58,837 bases of DNA from Bacteroidales bacterium (GTDB lineage Bacteria; Bacteroidota; Bacteroidia; Bacteroidales; ML635J-15), in contig JAQVOR010000003.1 of NCBI GenBank assembly GCA_028702535.1, forward strand, positions 1-58,837, given 5' to 3'. Position 1 is the first letter of the stretch. Each line of letters begins with the position of its first letter. Positions 17,139 to 27,764 of the stretch are shown here, piece after piece. The notes under the pieces are model-generated. The model saw nothing but the letters and a program-made list of their open reading frames with translations. It searched no databases and had not been told where the DNA came from. Both the position numbers and the translations under genes were made by a program.

Positions 17139-20100
17139 ATGAGAAAAATTACTAATTTATGCTTTATTTTTTTAGTTTGTTTTAATATTTCGGTATTTTC
17201 TCAGTTTATTGAGAATAAGGGGCAAGTTTTAGATTGGGACGAAAATTTTCACCCAGAAGTTCAATATCTGTATGCTAGTAATAATAATTCAATGTTTTTC
17301 GAAAGCAATCGTGTCGTTTGTACGTTTGCTAGTTTAGATGAATTTGATTTTAGCAGGTACGAAGGAGATCAAAATGCAATTGATAGTATATATAAAATTC
17401 TAGGTCGAGAGGTACAGAGAATAGATATTGAATTTATTGGAGCTACAAATGATTGTAAAATTATTCCAGGAGAAAAAAACAAAAATTATCTTAATTATTT
17501 CCTTAATAAACGTAGTAATATTACAAATGTTGGCTCTTATAAAAGTATCTGCTACAAAAATATCTATCCAAATATAGATGTTGTTTTTAATCAATATGAA
17601 GGTGGATTAAAATATGATGTGATATTACATAAAGGAGCAAATATTGAGGATGTTAAAATAAAATATAATGGAGCTAATTCTTTAGAAATAATTGATGGAC
17701 AAGTAATAGTAAAAACAAAATTTTTCGATTTTGAAGAGAATATTCCTGAGGCATATTATAACGATAATAAAAAGGAAAATGCTGAGGTATATTATGAATT
17801 AAATAACGATATTATAAGTTTTAAATGTGATTATAAAAATTCGAATAAACTAATCATAGATCCTACTATTACATGGATGACATATTATGAAACTGTAAGC
17901 TCAAATGGACAAATAAGTTATGACCATAATGCTTCTGATGATGATGGGAATTTATTTATTTCAGGATATTGCAACAATTCAGTAAACGATTATCCTATTG
18001 TTAATCCTGGTGGCTCTGCTTATATACAGAATTATACTTTAAATGATTTATATATTGCAAAATTTAATCCTAATCGGGAGTTAGTTTGGGGTACTTATTT
18101 TGGTGGTAGTAATTCGAGCATGGATTGGCAACTAGGAACAGAACCTTTGGTTGTTCATGAAAACATTCTTCATGTTGTGGGAGATGAATTAGCATCAAAT
18201 GGACCTTTTTTGAATGGAGGCGGGTTTTATTATAACCCAGGCTCAACAAAACCATATTATGCAAGATTTGATAAAACTACAGGTGAGTTAAAACACTGCA
18301 CTAATATACCTGGACACACATCTTCACACCCAAGTATTGCAGTTAGCTCTAGTGGTCAAGTTGCAATAATTCTTCATGCTTATAATTGGGGAGTAATTTC
18401 CAGTCATATTGTTAATAGGGCTGGGGCATATAATCAATCAGTAAATGGAGGTTTTACGGATCTGTTTTTAATGTTGTTAAATAGTTCTTATAATCAAATT
18501 TGGGGAACTTTTTTAGGAGGTCCAGGCACACAAGAGGATTGTCATGTCGCATTTGATAATTCAAATAATATCTTTTTCGTATCAGAAGTTAGTTGGAGTA
18601 GTAGCACTAGTAATGCTTCAAACGAACATCTTATAAATCCTGGTGGAGGTGCATATTATCAATCTGCTAATGCTTCTGAAGATATTATGATAGGAAAGTT
18701 TAGTAATACTGGTGCATTAGCATGGAATACGCTGTATGGAGGAAATGCTTATGACGGTATTAGAAGTAGAATGGGAAATGGTACAAACATAGTTGTAAAT
18801 AAATTAAATGAAATTGTTGTTTTAGGTGGTACTAATAGTGATAACCTACCTTTACACACTATGTCGGGAGCATACAATAAAACAGCTCCTTCTAATGTAA
18901 ATAACTCAGGAGGTTCTTTTAATGATTTTGGTAGTTTTATTTTAAAATTTTCAAATAATGGACTTATGCAATGGGCTACTTATTGGGGTGGAGACCCTTC
19001 TGGTGGAGATTTATTGTATGATGGAAAATTTACTTCATGCGATAAATTTATCGTATGTGCAAGAACAAATTCTTACACGACTATACCACTTCCAGGCCAT
19101 TACAATAAATCTTCAGGCGGTCAAAGTTATTTAATGCAGTTTGATGAGAATTATGCAGCCGAATGGTCATCATATATTGGAAATGAAACTTCAGTTCCTA
19201 ATATTAGTTTTTCTGCTTTTGAGGATAGACTTTATCTTACTACATGTTCATATTCGCAAACAGAAACGACTGTAAATCCTGGAGGAGGTGCATATTATGA
19301 TGGTTCGTTTGTTGGTCCACATTATGGAAGTCATACAATTTGGGAATTCAATATAATTCCAACCCCAATTATTAGTGGAGATACTGATGTTTGTCAAGGA
19401 GAATCGACAGTACTTTCTGCAAGTGGGGGAGTTGGCTCAACTTATTATTGGTATAATAGCCAAACAGGAGGAACGCTTCTTCATACTGGTGCAACTTATA
19501 CTACTCCTGCTTTGACTTCTGATGTAACTTATTGGGTATCCTCGTCTAGTGGTAGTTGCATCTCTGTTAGAGTTCCTATTTCAGTTACTGTAATTCCTTT
19601 TTCTCCGCCAACATCGGCTACTGCAAATCCGAATCAAGTATGTTCTGGTGTAACAAATGATATTACATTAACGGCTAGTGGTGGAGATCTAGGAACTGGA
19701 GGTGAAGTTCAGTGGTTTACATCTAGTTGTGGCGGAACTCCTATTGGAACTGGTAATCCTCTAGTTATTTCGCAAACACTTACTTCATCAACAACTTATT
19801 ACGCAAGATATTCTGGTGTTTGTGGAACAACTGATTGTGTAAGTACAATTGTAAATATAGATTTGAATATTACGGCAAACTTTACACAATTAGGACCATA
19901 TTGTGAAGGTGATACACCAGATGCTTTACCTACAACTTCAACAAATGGAATAAGTGGAACTTGGTCACCTGCATCCATTTCTACAACAACCTCAGGTACA
20001 GACACTTATACGTTTACTCCAACACTTGGTCAATGTGCAGCAAATACTACAATGACAATTACAATTACTCCGAATGTTACACCAACATTTGCAGCGGTTG

Positions 20101-23100
20101 GTCCATATTGTTCAGGAGCAATAATTCCAGCATTGCCAACAACTTCAACAGAGGGGATTACTGGAACATGGTCGCCTACAATAAACAATACAGCGACAAC
20201 TGAGTACACATTTATTTCAGATGCTGGTCAATGTGCAGCAAATACTACAATGACAATCACAATTGTTCCAAATCCAATTGCAAGTGTTTTGGGAAATAAT
20301 CCACTTTGTAACGGAAGTAATAGTGGCTCTATTGATCTTACAATTAGCAATGGAACTTCTGATTATTCAATAGATTGGGTAGCAGGAAATACAACTATCT
20401 CATCGAACAATTATACCATAACTGGGCTTAGCGATGGAACTTACAATATTTCCGTAACAGATGCTAACGGATGTACAGATAATGTAAGTGTAACAATTAC
20501 AGAGCCTACAGAATTGAATAGCAGCATAACAGCATTAGTAAATCAAAATTGTTTAACTCCAGGTTCAGCAACAGTTACAGCTAGTGGAGGAACTCCAAAT
20601 TATACTTATACTTGGCCAACAGCAGCAGAAAGCGTTTCGGGAGGGACAGCAAGTTCTCTTAACGTAGGTAATTATATTGTAACAATAACTGACAATAATG
20701 GATGCAGCACAACACAAACAGTAAGCATAATTGATGACGGTGGATTAAATGTTACAAGTTCAGTTATCAGTGATATCAGTTGTAATGGAGACAATAATGG
20801 TGAGATTGAAGTAACAATAACTGGAGGCACACCAGATTATACTATTTACTGGGGAACAGGAAACACAACAACAAGTAATTTAACTTATACTATATCCGGG
20901 TTAAGTGCAGCAACTTACGATATTACAGTAACAGATATGCATGGTTGTCAAGGACTTACTAATGCCATAATTTCTGAACCAACAGAACTAATAGCAAGTT
21001 ATAGTGCAACAACAATTTCGTGTAATGGTCAAACTGCCGATGTAACAGTAAGTGCAACAGGTGGGACAACGCCTTATACTGGAACAGGGACATTTACTGT
21101 CAATGCAGGAACTCATAATTATACTGTAACAGATGCTAATGGATGTAGTTCCGTAACAAGTATTACAGTAAGCGAACCATTATTATTAGAAGCAAGTGCA
21201 GTATCAACAAATATATTATGTAATGGTGAAACATCTGTAGTAACAGTAAATGCAATAGGCGGAACAACGCCTTATACTGGAACAGGAACATTTACTGTCA
21301 ATGCAGGAACACATAATTACACCGTAACAGATGCTAACGGATGTACAGATAATGTAAGTGTAACAATTACAGAGCCTACAGAATTGAATAGCAGCATAAC
21401 AGCATTAGTAAATCAAAATTGTTTAACTCCAGGTTCAGCAACAGTTACAGCTAGTGGAGGAACTCCAAATTATACTTATACTTGGCCAACAGCAGCAGAA
21501 AGCGTTTCGGGAGGGACAGCAAGTTCTCTTAACGTAGGTAATTATATTGTAACAATAACTGACAATAATGGATGCAGCACAACACAAACAGTAAGCATAA
21601 TTGATGACGGTGGATTAAATGTTACAAGTTCAGTTATCAGTGATATCAGTTGTAATGGAGACAATAATGGTGAGATTGAAGTAACAATAACTGGAGGCAC
21701 ACCAGATTATACTATTTACTGGGGAACAGGAAACACAACAACAAGTAATTTAACTTATACTATATCCGGGTTAAGTGCAGCAACTTACGATATTACAGTA
21801 ACAGATATGCATGGTTGTCAAGGACTTACTAATGCCATAATTTCTGAACCAACAGAACTAATAGCAAGTTATAGTGCAACAACAATTTCGTGTAATGGTC
21901 AAACTGCCGATGTAACAGTAAGTGCAACAGGTGGGACAACGCCTTATACTGGAACAGGGACATTTACTGTCAATGCAGGAACTCATAATTATACTGTAAC
22001 AGATGCTAATGGATGTAGTTCCGTAACAAGTATTACAGTAAGCGAACCATTATTATTAGAAGCAAGTGCAGTATCAACAAATATATTATGTAATGGTGAA
22101 ACATCTGTAGTAACAGTAAATGCAATAGGCGGAACAACGCCTTATACTGGAACAGGAACATTTACTGTCAATGCAGGAACACATAATTACACCGTAACAG
22201 ATGCTAACGGATGTACAGATAATGTAAGTGTAACAATTCCAGAACCTCAACAACTTTCAATGACAATTGATGTTGATAATGTAGTATGTTATGGAGAGTC
22301 TAATGGCTCTGCATTGGCAAATGTTTCGGGTGGGACAATGCCTATTCACTACTTATGGAGCGATGATAATCATAGTACTACAGCTTCAATAAATTTTATG
22401 CCAGCAGGTTTTTATACTTTAACAGTATCCGACCAAAATGGGTGTCAAATAATAGAGACTATTCAAATCCAGCAATCTCCACAATTAACTGTTTCATGTA
22501 ATGCAACACCCATTGTATGCGAAGTAACACTTGGCTCAGTTATAGCTACTGCTGATGGCGGTAGCGGTGGATTTTCTTATTGGTGGTCAAATGCTGAAAA
22601 CAGCTCACAAATTAGTAATCTTACGGAAGGTATTTACGAAGTTACAGTTACAGACACAAATGGTTGTACTGCCACTAATACTGCAAGTGTTGGTATTCAA
22701 GGTCATATCAATTTAACAATAACTGAAACACATCCAATATCATGTTTTGGAGATAATGATGCTGTTTTAATTGTGAATGCTTCAGCAGCAGCCAATCCTA
22801 TCGATTATTTATGGTCAAATAATTACACTACAGATATAATTTCAAATATTGGAGCAGGTTTTTATACTGTAAGTGCTACTGATAATTGGGGTTGCACTGG
22901 ATATGCATCTTATGATCTTAATGAGCCTGGTCAAATTCAAGTTTCGATGAGTTCTACTTCAGTTTTATGTTACGGATCAAATGAAGGTAGTGCATCAGCG
23001 ATTGCATCTAGTGGTTCAGTGCCGTATTCTTATTTGTGGTCAAATAATGAAATATCAAATACTATTACAGGTTTGTATTCTGGGCTATATTTGGTAACAG

Positions 23101-23894
23101 TTACTGATAATAATAATTGTTCAGTAACAGCACAAATTGATGTTCCTCAACCTGAAAATCCTCTAAACTTGACTCTTGATATTAATGGGATAGCATGCTA
23201 TGGCGAAAATAGTGGTTTGTTGAATACTCAAGCTTTTGGAGGAACGCCACCATACACTTATTTTTGGCAGTATGACCAATTTACTTCAACAGACGCTAAT
23301 TTGAATAATCTTTATGCAGGACAATATCGTTTATTAGTAACTGATGCAAACGACTGCATTATTGATACAATTGCAAGTATTTTTGAACCAAGTGCAATTG
23401 ATGCTACATATACTTATACAAGACCAACTTGTATTGGGAATAATAATGGAAGCATAGAAATTAATGTTATTGGAGGCACGTCTCCGTATTTGTTTAGCTG
23501 GAATGGTGGGGCTTCTCCTGTGAATTATTTGGATGGACTTACACAAGGAACATATCTTGTTACGATTACTGATGCAAATCAATGTATATATGAACTTCGT
23601 TCTGTTATGATAGAGGATATTGACGAGGATTGTATTAAAATTCCAAATGCATTTACGCCTAATACTGATGGTATAAATGATACATGGATTATTGAAAATA
23701 TTGAAATGTTTCCTGATGCTTATATAAATGTGTTTAATCGTTGGGGACAGCAACTTTTTGCTGGTCGTGGAAATTCTGAACCTTGGAACGGAACTTATAA
23801 TGGTAAATTTGTGCCAACAGGTTCTTATATTTATACGGTTGATCTCTATCGAAACGGGCAACATTATAATGGTATTGTAACAGTAGTTTATTAA
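17139..23894 (+). CDS. Giant cell-surface adhesin: signal peptide, SBBP-like beta-propeller region, Ig-like modules, about 20 SprB-type repeats, T9SS type-B (gliding-motility) C-terminal domain
   Basis: 2251 aa. Repeated WGTYFGG/WATYWGG blades. CNG.NNG.I....GGT.PY..W repeats. C-terminus IPNAFTPNTDGINDTW...VFNRWGQQLF...GSYIYTV. Confidence 0.85.
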   Translation: MRKITNLCFIFLVCFNISVFSQFIENKGQVLDWDENFHPEVQYLYASNNNSMFFESNRVVCTFASLDEFDFSRYEGDQNAIDSIYKILGREVQRIDIEFIGATNDCKIIPGEKNKNYLNYFLNKRSNITNVGSYKSICYKNIYPNIDVVFNQYEGGLKYDVILHKGANIEDVKIKYNGANSLEIIDGQVIVKTKFFDFEENIPEAYYNDNKKENAEVYYELNNDIISFKCDYKNSNKLIIDPTITWMTYYETVSSNGQISYDHNASDDDGNLFISGYCNNSVNDYPIVNPGGSAYIQNYTLNDLYIAKFNPNRELVWGTYFGGSNSSMDWQLGTEPLVVHENILHVVGDELASNGPFLNGGGFYYNPGSTKPYYARFDKTTGELKHCTNIPGHTSSHPSIAVSSSGQVAIILHAYNWGVISSHIVNRAGAYNQSVNGGFTDLFLMLLNSSYNQIWGTFLGGPGTQEDCHVAFDNSNNIFFVSEVSWSSSTSNASNEHLINPGGGAYYQSANASEDIMIGKFSNTGALAWNTLYGGNAYDGIRSRMGNGTNIVVNKLNEIVVLGGTNSDNLPLHTMSGAYNKTAPSNVNNSGGSFNDFGSFILKFSNNGLMQWATYWGGDPSGGDLLYDGKFTSCDKFIVCARTNSYTTIPLPGHYNKSSGGQSYLMQFDENYAAEWSSYIGNETSVPNISFSAFEDRLYLTTCSYSQTETTVNPGGGAYYDGSFVGPHYGSHTIWEFNIIPTPIISGDTDVCQGESTVLSASGGVGSTYYWYNSQTGGTLLHTGATYTTPALTSDVTYWVSSSSGSCISVRVPISVTVIPFSPPTSATANPNQVCSGVTNDITLTASGGDLGTGGEVQWFTSSCGGTPIGTGNPLVISQTLTSSTTYYARYSGVCGTTDCVSTIVNIDLNITANFTQLGPYCEGDTPDALPTTSTNGISGTWSPASISTTTSGTDTYTFTPTLGQCAANTTMTITITPNVTPTFAAVGPYCSGAIIPALPTTSTEGITGTWSPTINNTATTEYTFISDAGQCAANTTMTITIVPNPIASVLGNNPLCNGSNSGSIDLTISNGTSDYSIDWVAGNTTISSNNYTITGLSDGTYNISVTDANGCTDNVSVTITEPTELNSSITALVNQNCLTPGSATVTASGGTPNYTYTWPTAAESVSGGTASSLNVGNYIVTITDNNGCSTTQTVSIIDDGGLNVTSSVISDISCNGDNNGEIEVTITGGTPDYTIYWGTGNTTTSNLTYTISGLSAATYDITVTDMHGCQGLTNAIISEPTELIASYSATTISCNGQTADVTVSATGGTTPYTGTGTFTVNAGTHNYTVTDANGCSSVTSITVSEPLLLEASAVSTNILCNGETSVVTVNAIGGTTPYTGTGTFTVNAGTHNYTVTDANGCTDNVSVTITEPTELNSSITALVNQNCLTPGSATVTASGGTPNYTYTWPTAAESVSGGTASSLNVGNYIVTITDNNGCSTTQTVSIIDDGGLNVTSSVISDISCNGDNNGEIEVTITGGTPDYTIYWGTGNTTTSNLTYTISGLSAATYDITVTDMHGCQGLTNAIISEPTELIASYSATTISCNGQTADVTVSATGGTTPYTGTGTFTVNAGTHNYTVTDANGCSSVTSITVSEPLLLEASAVSTNILCNGETSVVTVNAIGGTTPYTGTGTFTVNAGTHNYTVTDANGCTDNVSVTIPEPQQLSMTIDVDNVVCYGESNGSALANVSGGTMPIHYLWSDDNHSTTASINFMPAGFYTLTVSDQNGCQIIETIQIQQSPQLTVSCNATPIVCEVTLGSVIATADGGSGGFSYWWSNAENSSQISNLTEGIYEVTVTDTNGCTATNTASVGIQGHINLTITETHPISCFGDNDAVLIVNASAAANPIDYLWSNNYTTDIISNIGAGFYTVSATDNWGCTGYASYDLNEPGQIQVSMSSTSVLCYGSNEGSASAIASSGSVPYSYLWSNNEISNTITGLYSGLYLVTVTDNNNCSVTAQIDVPQPENPLNLTLDINGIACYGENSGLLNTQAFGGTPPYTYFWQYDQFTSTDANLNNLYAGQYRLLVTDANDCIIDTIASIFEPSAIDATYTYTRPTCIGNNNGSIEINVIGGTSPYLFSWNGGASPVNYLDGLTQGTYLVTITDANQCIYELRSVMIEDIDEDCIKIPNAFTPNTDGINDTWIIENIEMFPDAYINVFNRWGQQLFAGRGNSEPWNGTYNGKFVPTGSYIYTVDLYRNGQHYNGIVTVVY
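20452..22238 (+). repeat. Perfect tandem duplication: 2 x 870 bp (290 aa) plus 47 bp of a third copy, inside the adhesin gene
   Basis: 20452-21321 and 21322-22191 appeared identical on a line-by-line visual comparison. Identity continues to 22238 and breaks at 22239. Confidence 0.95.
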
Positions 23895-24241
23895 TGTATT
23901 ATTGGTAATTATTGATAATATAATTGAAACAATATATTTAGATTTTGACTTGTAGTCTTCCGTTAAAACCACGAAGTAAGAGAGGAACTAAACATCAAAA
24001 TTTATTTATTTATTCTAATTAATCACAGGGCAAACGCATACTCTAATTTTAATATCTTAGACAAATTGTTTAGAAGCGATGTCTTGAGTTGGTCGAAGGG
24101 AGATATACAATATTTCCCAATATTAATGTTTAAAATAGTATGAGTTCGCCTGAAATTAATCACTATAATTTTCTATCACAAAACAAAACTTTGTATATTC
24201 ATAGTTTTTTCATAAATTTGGGAACAATAAATTTAACGATA

Positions 24242-24541
24242 ATGAAAACAAAAGCAACTATTCTATTTTTAATATTGACACTAGGCTTATCACTATCATG
24301 CCGAGTAAAAAACAATTGTGAATTAAATCACACAGGCACAATTATCGTAACAAATAATCTCACAAACGATATTGAAGTTTATGTCGATAATCTTAAAGTG
24401 TTTAGTCTAAAACCTAACGAAACTAAAGAGACCGAAAAACCAGTTGGCAAACACAACATAAACTGTTACTACGAAGGAGAAGAGTGGAGTTACACCGCCG
24501 ATGTGTTTGAATGTGAAAAAGTCACAATTACAGTGCCTTAA
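24242..24541 (+). CDS. Small lipoprotein, function unknown
   Basis: Start set at MKTKATILFLILTLGLSLSC (lipobox). 99 aa. Confidence 0.5.
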   Translation: MKTKATILFLILTLGLSLSCRVKNNCELNHTGTIIVTNNLTNDIEVYVDNLKVFSLKPNETKETEKPVGKHNINCYYEGEEWSYTADVFECEKVTITVP

Positions 24542-24542
24542 T

Positions 24543-27500
24543 ATGGGTAAACTCCTAGTATATTCTGCCTCAGCGGGGTCTGGTAAAACTCATAATATCT
24601 CTGGACAATACATAATGCTGCTTTTTTCAAAAAATCAGGCACATAAAAATATTCTCGCAGTTACTTTTACAAATAAAGCATGCGAAGAAATGAAAACCCG
24701 TATTGTTGAAGAAATGCACAATATTACAGAGCGTAAATCCAAGAATAGAATCGACGAAATCCATGACTTTACAGGTTTACCAAAAGACACTATTTTAAAC
24801 CAGTCAAAAAAAATATTTAAAGAAATACTGCACGATTACTCACACTTCTCAATTTTAACAATTGACAGTTTTTTTCAAAAAATTGTTAGGAACTTTACTC
24901 GCGAAACTGGAATACAATATAATTACGAAATAGAGCTTGACACAGATATTATTATCAGCAAAGCAGTTGACGATTTAATGAGCCAAAGTGAAACCGACCA
25001 AGAGCTTAAAAACAATATAATAGCATTAGTTCAACAAAACATCGACAACTCCAATAAGTGGGATTTTAGATACAATCTGAAAAGCTTCCTTAAAATGATT
25101 TTAGAATCAGATTATCGAAGTTATGAAAACGAATACAATGATTTTTTTACAGATAAAAATAATCTTAAAAATTTTTCAGATGAACTAACCACTCTCGAAA
25201 GTGAGTTTATTTCTGGCATTGAAGCTCTATCTGATAAACTTAAACAAACCTTAAAAGACAACAAATTAGAACTTGTAGATTTTAGTGGTGGCAACGCAAG
25301 CAGTATAATTAAACGTATGCTAGCAACTGAACAGAAATTAAAAGATGCTCCTTTAAAAATAGACGAACATTTTAAGAACATTGACATTATAGAAAAATGG
25401 CTCAAAAAAGCTGATATTGACAAAGAACCTTTAAACTTAGCTACCAACGAGTTAATGCAAATTTCACAAGAATTATTAGATTTCTATATTGAACACTATA
25501 ATATTTATTATACATGTAAAATCATAAAAAAACAGATTCCTTATACGGCATTAATCAACAAGTCCTTACAAATTGTTCACAAAAATCTTTTCGAGGCAGG
25601 CAAGTTCCTAATATCAGAAGTCCCAGTATTTCTATCCGAGATTGCCACACAAAATTCATCATCTTTTATTTACGAAAAAATGGGTAGCTTTTATGAGAAC
25701 TATCTTATTGACGAATTTCAGGATACAAGCCGAATACAATGGGATTCTTTTAAACCTTTGTTAAGCGAAAGTTTATCGGTTGACGAAAAAGGAAGAGCGA
25801 ATATTCTGGTAGGGGACCTAAAACAATCTATTTACTCCTGGAGAGGCGGCGACTGGAAACTTTTAGCATTGGACGTAGAAAAAGAGTTCCCAGAATCATA
25901 TACCAAAATACCGCTCTTAGATAACTGGCGAAGTGGCAAAACAATTGTAGATTTTAATAATGAGTTTTTTAAAAATGCTGCCGAAATTCTAAAAAACTCT
26001 GTAAATACAGATACTCCAGAAAAATTCCAATCAATTACAGGCGACTTGATTACAAACTCTATTTATGCTGAAATTAAACAAAATGCACAAAAAGATTTTG
26101 CATCGGCAGTACAAATCGACATTTTTAATGAAACTGAAGACACTAAAGGCGACATCATAAAAAATATGATACTGCAAATAGAGAATATTCAGTTAAAAAA
26201 TTACAGTCCAGGAGAGATTATGATACTTGTGCGCAGCAACAAAGATGGGACAACAATCGCCGAAGAAATCATCAGACATTCGCAATCAGAAAATGCAAAA
26301 CTTGGCGTATCTTATGATGTTATCTCATCCGAAGCCTTACTTATTTCGTCAAACAAAGCTGTAAAACTTATAATTTCGTGCTTGCAATATTTATCCCTAC
26401 AAACAAACGAACTTGCGTTTAACGAAGCAGCTTATGCGTATTATGTTCAGCAAAAACTCAAGAACCAAGAGAAAATTATATTCGATAAAGAAACCTTTGG
26501 AGAGTATCTCGAAACTAATCTTGAACCAATAAAACGAAGCTACAATTACAAACTTTTGCACGAAACCTGCGACTCGCTAATCAAAATACTTGATTTGAAT
26601 AAATCAGAGGAAAATGTCCCATTTTTAAATTCATTTAGAGACTTACTACACGACTTTTCGCAAAATAATCATGCCGAAGTAAATAAATTTCTCGAATATT
26701 GGGAAGAAAAAGGAAAAAACCAGAATTTACGCATACCCGAAAAGCAAAATGCAATAAATATCATTACAATTCATAAAGCAAAAGGATTAGATGCAAATTT
26801 TGTTTTTATCCCATTTACTGATTGGGGACTTGTAAAATATAATAATACAGTTTGGGTAAAACCCGAAGTCCATCCTTTTAACGTACTGCCTGCGTGGCCT
26901 GCAAATTTCGACTCAAAACTTGCAAACAGTATTTTTGAGAAAGATTATTATGATTTTAAATTTAAACAAATTATAGAGTCTTTCAATATGCTGTATGTCG
27001 CATTTACCAGAGCTCGTATAGGATTGTTTATATCTGCTGGACAAAAAGCCTGTTCGACAAACTCAAGTGTTGCAAGTATCCTTAATAATGGAATTGATAA
27101 ACTAATAACAAATAGCACTATCGAATTTGATATTACAAGCAGCGATGAGTTAACTACATATAAATGCGGCAATATTCCTAATACCGTAAAAACCGAGAGT
27201 GAGCAAAACTATATCAAATCGTATGATGTATTTATCCCTGACAAACAAATTAAAATTAAGCCTTTTTACGAAAAAGACGCTCACGAATCAAATACTGATT
27301 CAAATATTATCGAAGGGATAAAAATGCACAAAATCTACGAAAACATCAATCTTGCAAGCGACCTCGATAAAGCACTATTAAAACTTAGTAGCACTGGTAT
27401 TATTAGTACAGATGAAGTTAATAATTACAAATTAAAAATTAAAAAAACCTTAAATTATAATTTTATTAAACCATGGTTTGATGGTACATATAAAATTTAT

Positions 27501-27764
27501 AACGAAGCTGAAATATTAAGCAGTGAGGGTAAAATTCGCCGTCCAGATAGAATAATGGAAAAGGATAACGAATTAATTATAATAGACTATAAATTCGGAG
27601 ATATTGAAAAACAACAATATATAAAACAAACACAAAATTATGCTCAGCTATTAAGCGAATTGGGATATCAAAATATTAAAACATATATTTGGTTCGTTAT
27701 GCATGATTATCTTATTGAGGTAAATGCAGAAAATGACAAAACTGAAAAGATTATTTTAAGCTAA
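24543..27764 (+). CDS. UvrD/AddA-like superfamily-1 helicase with a C-terminal PD-(D/E)XK (RecB-type) nuclease domain
   Basis: Start at MGKLLVYSASAGSGKTH (Walker A). LIDEFQDTS, VGDLKQSIYSWRGG, LDNWRS, TIHKAKGLD, YVAFTRAR. Nuclease motif RPDRI...IIDYKFG...QNYAQL. Confidence 0.85.
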   Translation: MGKLLVYSASAGSGKTHNISGQYIMLLFSKNQAHKNILAVTFTNKACEEMKTRIVEEMHNITERKSKNRIDEIHDFTGLPKDTILNQSKKIFKEILHDYSHFSILTIDSFFQKIVRNFTRETGIQYNYEIELDTDIIISKAVDDLMSQSETDQELKNNIIALVQQNIDNSNKWDFRYNLKSFLKMILESDYRSYENEYNDFFTDKNNLKNFSDELTTLESEFISGIEALSDKLKQTLKDNKLELVDFSGGNASSIIKRMLATEQKLKDAPLKIDEHFKNIDIIEKWLKKADIDKEPLNLATNELMQISQELLDFYIEHYNIYYTCKIIKKQIPYTALINKSLQIVHKNLFEAGKFLISEVPVFLSEIATQNSSSFIYEKMGSFYENYLIDEFQDTSRIQWDSFKPLLSESLSVDEKGRANILVGDLKQSIYSWRGGDWKLLALDVEKEFPESYTKIPLLDNWRSGKTIVDFNNEFFKNAAEILKNSVNTDTPEKFQSITGDLITNSIYAEIKQNAQKDFASAVQIDIFNETEDTKGDIIKNMILQIENIQLKNYSPGEIMILVRSNKDGTTIAEEIIRHSQSENAKLGVSYDVISSEALLISSNKAVKLIISCLQYLSLQTNELAFNEAAYAYYVQQKLKNQEKIIFDKETFGEYLETNLEPIKRSYNYKLLHETCDSLIKILDLNKSEENVPFLNSFRDLLHDFSQNNHAEVNKFLEYWEEKGKNQNLRIPEKQNAINIITIHKAKGLDANFVFIPFTDWGLVKYNNTVWVKPEVHPFNVLPAWPANFDSKLANSIFEKDYYDFKFKQIIESFNMLYVAFTRARIGLFISAGQKACSTNSSVASILNNGIDKLITNSTIEFDITSSDELTTYKCGNIPNTVKTESEQNYIKSYDVFIPDKQIKIKPFYEKDAHESNTDSNIIEGIKMHKIYENINLASDLDKALLKLSSTGIISTDEVNNYKLKIKKTLNYNFIKPWFDGTYKIYNEAEILSSEGKIRRPDRIMEKDNELIIIDYKFGDIEKQQYIKQTQNYAQLLSELGYQNIKTYIWFVMHDYLIEVNAENDKTEKIILS

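Noticed and set aside
20452-22238. Possible CRISPR-like array, because of the regular repeats here and at 7930-8229.
   Set aside because: The repeats are contiguous with no unique spacers. They are in frame within long ORFs, are far longer (870 bp) or coding (51 bp), and no cas gene is present.
23334-23972. 212-aa minus-strand ORF antisense to the 3' end of the adhesin gene. Similar antisense ORFs occur at 38156-38632, 29194-29613, 43995-44294 and 8020-8223.
   Set aside because: They lie fully inside strongly supported genes on the other strand and translate to low-complexity, Ile/Asn/Cys-rich sequence with no motifs. They are typical by-products of AT-rich or repetitive coding DNA.
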